Shown: positions 35,358-37,797 of the stretch, in pieces
Layout: each line of letters begins with the position of its first letter
How positions within the stretch are numbered: the stretch's first letter is position 1
Origin: a virus
Lineage: Duplodnaviria > Caudoviricetes
DNA: 37,797 bases
Reading direction: 5' to 3' (one strand)
Virus record (IMG/VR): IMGVR_UViG_3300027820_000064
Coordinates: 1-37,797 of that record
Translations under genes and position numbers: made by a program
Notes under the pieces: model-generated
Told to the model about the DNA's origin: nothing
The model's database searches: none
What the model saw: the letters and a program-made list of their open reading frames with translations, nothing else

Positions 35358-35917
35358 GGGGAAAAGAAATGAAAAAATATCTATCCATCGGCAAAGACAC
35401 AAACAACGAACGCAACATGCTGGCGCGCTTCCTGTTTAATGGCGACAAATACGGAAAGGACGACTGCTTGCGGCATGCAGATGAAGACCCTGTAATCGAG
35501 TTTTACGGCAGAACCGACGACAATAAATCCAAGCCGCATTTCATAGGCCGCTACTGCCTAAGCACGTTAAACGATAACGTCAAACGAAATGACGGGCTGT
35601 GCCTATGCGGGCAGACGGGGCTAAGCCTTAGCGCCGAGGCAGTCAAAGACGCTGTTGACGCTTGCATTGACGCTTGGGAAGAACGCCAAGCCGATGACGC
35701 ATTCAAAATTCTAGAATACAAAGCCATGGACTTGATCCAAGATTTCGGAACAGACCCGCAGCGCCTGTCGGCAATGGCTAGAGCATTGGCCACGGTTGCC
35801 GCGTATGAGGTAGACGCGAAGGCGGCCATTGTCGCACTGCCTGTCATGTTTCACGGAATGACCGAGGCGTGGGTTGACGCTATGTCAGACCGCGAGGAAG
35901 ATGGTCTGTTGGATTAA
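35354..35917 (+). CDS. Hypothetical protein
   Basis: C-terminus conserved at protein level in copy A (1-156). Confidence 0.8.
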   Translation: MRGKEMKKYLSIGKDTNNERNMLARFLFNGDKYGKDDCLRHADEDPVIEFYGRTDDNKSKPHFIGRYCLSTLNDNVKRNDGLCLCGQTGLSLSAEAVKDAVDACIDAWEERQADDAFKILEYKAMDLIQDFGTDPQRLSAMARALATVAAYEVDAKAAIVALPVMFHGMTEAWVDAMSDREEDGLLD

Positions 35918-35995
35918 AAGAAATGGGCGAGCAACAAAGCCCGCCCATCTCAATTTTGCCCAAACTTAAAGGTGATGGAAGCAACAACCATCACC
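35916..35995 (-). ncRNA. Putative sRNA-1, copy B
   Basis: Identical to copy A except the terminator loop; promoter at 35999-36027. Confidence 0.65.
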
Positions 35996-36096
35996 AAAAG
36001 CCTAGCCAAGCAAGCGGCTAGTGGCAACACATAAATGTTGCGCCTATGTAATTCCCTATGTAAAGTATTCTTACAGATGGAAGCAAAAGGAGCTGC

Positions 36097-36423
36097 ATGA
36101 TGAAAAAGATTGAACGAGCCATTGCCGAGATGGAACGGGCAACCGTTCTGCTGAAAGAGGCGCTGCAAGAAATCCAACAAATCCCGAAAGAGCGGCCAAG
36201 AAAAGGTCCAGTCCCGTCGACCGGGATAAGGGGGGTTTCGAAAGACAAGCGCAGCGGAAAATATGGGGCCAAGGTGTGGGTCAACGGGCGCGACAAATGG
36301 ATTGGCACATACGAAACGGCGGAGCTGGCGGCGGTTGCAATAGCGGCCTTTGAGGCGTCTCAAATCACACTTTCCGAGGTCAAAAATGCTGACTGCGGCA
36401 AACCTCGAGACTGCGGAAAGTAA
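36097..36423 (+). CDS. AP2-domain DNA-binding protein (copy B)
   Basis: TGIRGVSKDKRSGKYGAKVWVNGRDKWIGTYETAE; RBS AAGGAG. Confidence 0.8.
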   Translation: MMKKIERAIAEMERATVLLKEALQEIQQIPKERPRKGPVPSTGIRGVSKDKRSGKYGAKVWVNGRDKWIGTYETAELAAVAIAAFEASQITLSEVKNADCGKPRDCGK

Positions 36424-36433
36424 GTCTTTATTT

Positions 36434-36488
36434 GTAGTCACCGAGGAGGTTTGTATATGTAATATACAACCTCCTCGGTGAACTACTA
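36434..36488. other. Long hairpin, candidate origin (copy B)
   Basis: Identical to 670-724. Confidence 0.6.
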
Positions 36489-36540
36489 AGAAACTTAATG
36501 CTAGACTTAATGACTGCGGTAAAGATGGAAGGCAGGAGCA

Positions 36541-37047
36541 ATGGTTAAGGTAAGATTGAACAGGCAGGAGCTGGCGGAGGTTCAGCAGGCAGCGGCGCTA
36601 AGGTGGCAGCTTGCAAGGGCGTCGGCAGTGGCCAACCAAAAGAGGGCGGCGGTTGACGATAGTCAGTTGGACGTTCTCGGGCTGAAGGCGGAATGTGCGG
36701 TGGCCAAGCTGTTTGGTGTGGCCAGCAACACGCAGGCGCTTGGGATAGACAGTGGCCAAGATGTTTGGGTTGGCGAATTTAGTATCGATGTAAAGGCTAC
36801 GTTTCACCAGACGGGGGTTTTGCTGTTCAAGTCAGCGGCGGCCTTCAAGGCAGATTGCGCCGTTCTGGTGACTGTCACAGATGAAGACGATGTGATGAAC
36901 GTGGTAGGCGGCATAAGCCGAAAGATGTTTTTGGAACGGCACCGGCAGGCCGACTTGGGGCGTGGGCCGTGCTTAGTCATGGGGCAAGATGAAATTTGGC
37001 CTATCGAAACGCTTTGGCGGAAATTGGCGGAAATGAGGTTTCACTGA
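36541..37047 (+). CDS. Hypothetical protein, possible PD-(D/E)XK fold (copy B)
   Basis: Allele of 767-1273. Confidence 0.6.
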   Translation: MVKVRLNRQELAEVQQAAALRWQLARASAVANQKRAAVDDSQLDVLGLKAECAVAKLFGVASNTQALGIDSGQDVWVGEFSIDVKATFHQTGVLLFKSAAAFKADCAVLVTVTDEDDVMNVVGGISRKMFLERHRQADLGRGPCLVMGQDEIWPIETLWRKLAEMRFH

Positions 37048-37640
37048 TGGCAAGGGCTGGCAAGGTGAGGGCGCCAGTGCGTCAAAAAAAATCCGACAGG
37101 CTGACACACCCGAAGGTCAGCGAGGCGGAACAAATTATTGACTATACGATAGCGCCCCTGCAGCGGGCCATTCAGCAGGCGGACGAAAGGTGGGGGATAG
37201 ATATGTTGCCCGAGTTAGTTTCGCCGGAGTCAGCGGCCAAATGGGGGCTGTGTATGGCTAGGCTAAATGAGGCGATTGATAACAGCGACGCAGAGGCCGT
37301 TACACAGTGGGTTGGAGCGTCGTTGCGTGGGTTGGGTCATATGGAAGCCGAGGCGATAAGGCTGGGGGCCAGTAGGGCGCCAGAGGGCGTGTTTGAGGTG
37401 GAAGATGGCAGCGGGAATATCTTTGCAATCATGGAAGATGGCAGAAGCTGGCAATCAATACAAAAAATCATGCCTGAAAAAAAACTTTTGACACGGCGTG
37501 AGGCTGCAGTGGCTATAGCATTTTATCAGCAGCACGCGCTTGGGATAATGGTTGACGAGATAAAGCAGCACTTCCCCAAGGCAGAGGTTTTGGGGGTGGC
37601 GAAAGATGACGATCTAAACGACGAGATAAATTTTCTATAA
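37047..37640 (+). CDS. Conserved phage hypothetical protein (copy B)
   Basis: Allele of 1273-1866. Confidence 0.75.
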   Translation: MARAGKVRAPVRQKKSDRLTHPKVSEAEQIIDYTIAPLQRAIQQADERWGIDMLPELVSPESAAKWGLCMARLNEAIDNSDAEAVTQWVGASLRGLGHMEAEAIRLGASRAPEGVFEVEDGSGNIFAIMEDGRSWQSIQKIMPEKKLLTRREAAVAIAFYQQHALGIMVDEIKQHFPKAEVLGVAKDDDLNDEINFL

Positions 37641-37797
37641 GAGGCTGCACAGGGGCTGTTTACCGGTCTGGCCATTCGTGATACCTTTAAGCGTGACAAG
37701 AGGCATGCACGGGAAGCACAATGACAGAGACAGGTAAACGAGGGCAGTGTATGTATTGCCACGAGCCTTTCCTGATTGGTAAGCGGAAAAGGCTGTT

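Larger units (their letters stand above)
1897..37670. mobile_element. Complete circular-mapping tailed phage genome (~35.8 kb, podovirus-like)
   Basis: Terminases, portal, scaffold, capsid, tail, lysis and replication modules all present; 37671-37797 is identical to 1897-2023. Confidence 0.9.
35762..37797 (+). repeat. Imperfect terminal direct repeat, copy B
   Basis: Aligns to 1-2023. Confidence 0.95.

Noticed and set aside
1897-37670. Integrase/att site, tRNA genes, DNA polymerase, defence or anti-defence genes
   Set aside because: No recognisable motifs by eye; small hypothetical ORFs could still hide such functions and need HMM searches

Overview
The window is an essentially complete small tailed dsDNA phage genome with a podovirus/P22-like morphogenesis set; the host is probably alphaproteobacterial (inferred). 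The last 127 nt (37671-37797) are identical to 1897-2023, so the unit genome is most likely the 35,774-bp circle 1897-37670. Bases 1-1896 are a divergent allele of 35762-37670, probably from a co-occurring strain. The + arm runs from ~35145 through the junction: small early genes, AP2 protein, nucleases, terminases, low-complexity proteins, adaptor, tail, ejection proteins, portal, scaffold, capsid and lysis cassette. The - arm (34992 to 25881) carries an RHH regulator, RuvC, a RecE-like exonuclease, an SSB, a primase-helicase and many small genes. I saw no integrase, DNA polymerase, tRNA or CRISPR array. Comparing the two alleles exposes a non-coding regulatory layer: (i) a ~78-nt sRNA with its own promoter and terminator, where all substitutions fall in neutral positions, and (ii) an invariant 55-bp hairpin flanked by short repeats that change in concert between alleles (ori-like). 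Elsewhere there is a second, alpha-r8/suhB-like anti-Shine-Dalgarno sRNA, and NrdR-box plus IHF-like sites at the primase-helicase start and upstream of the terminase operon. Protein calls come from motif recognition only; no searches were run.
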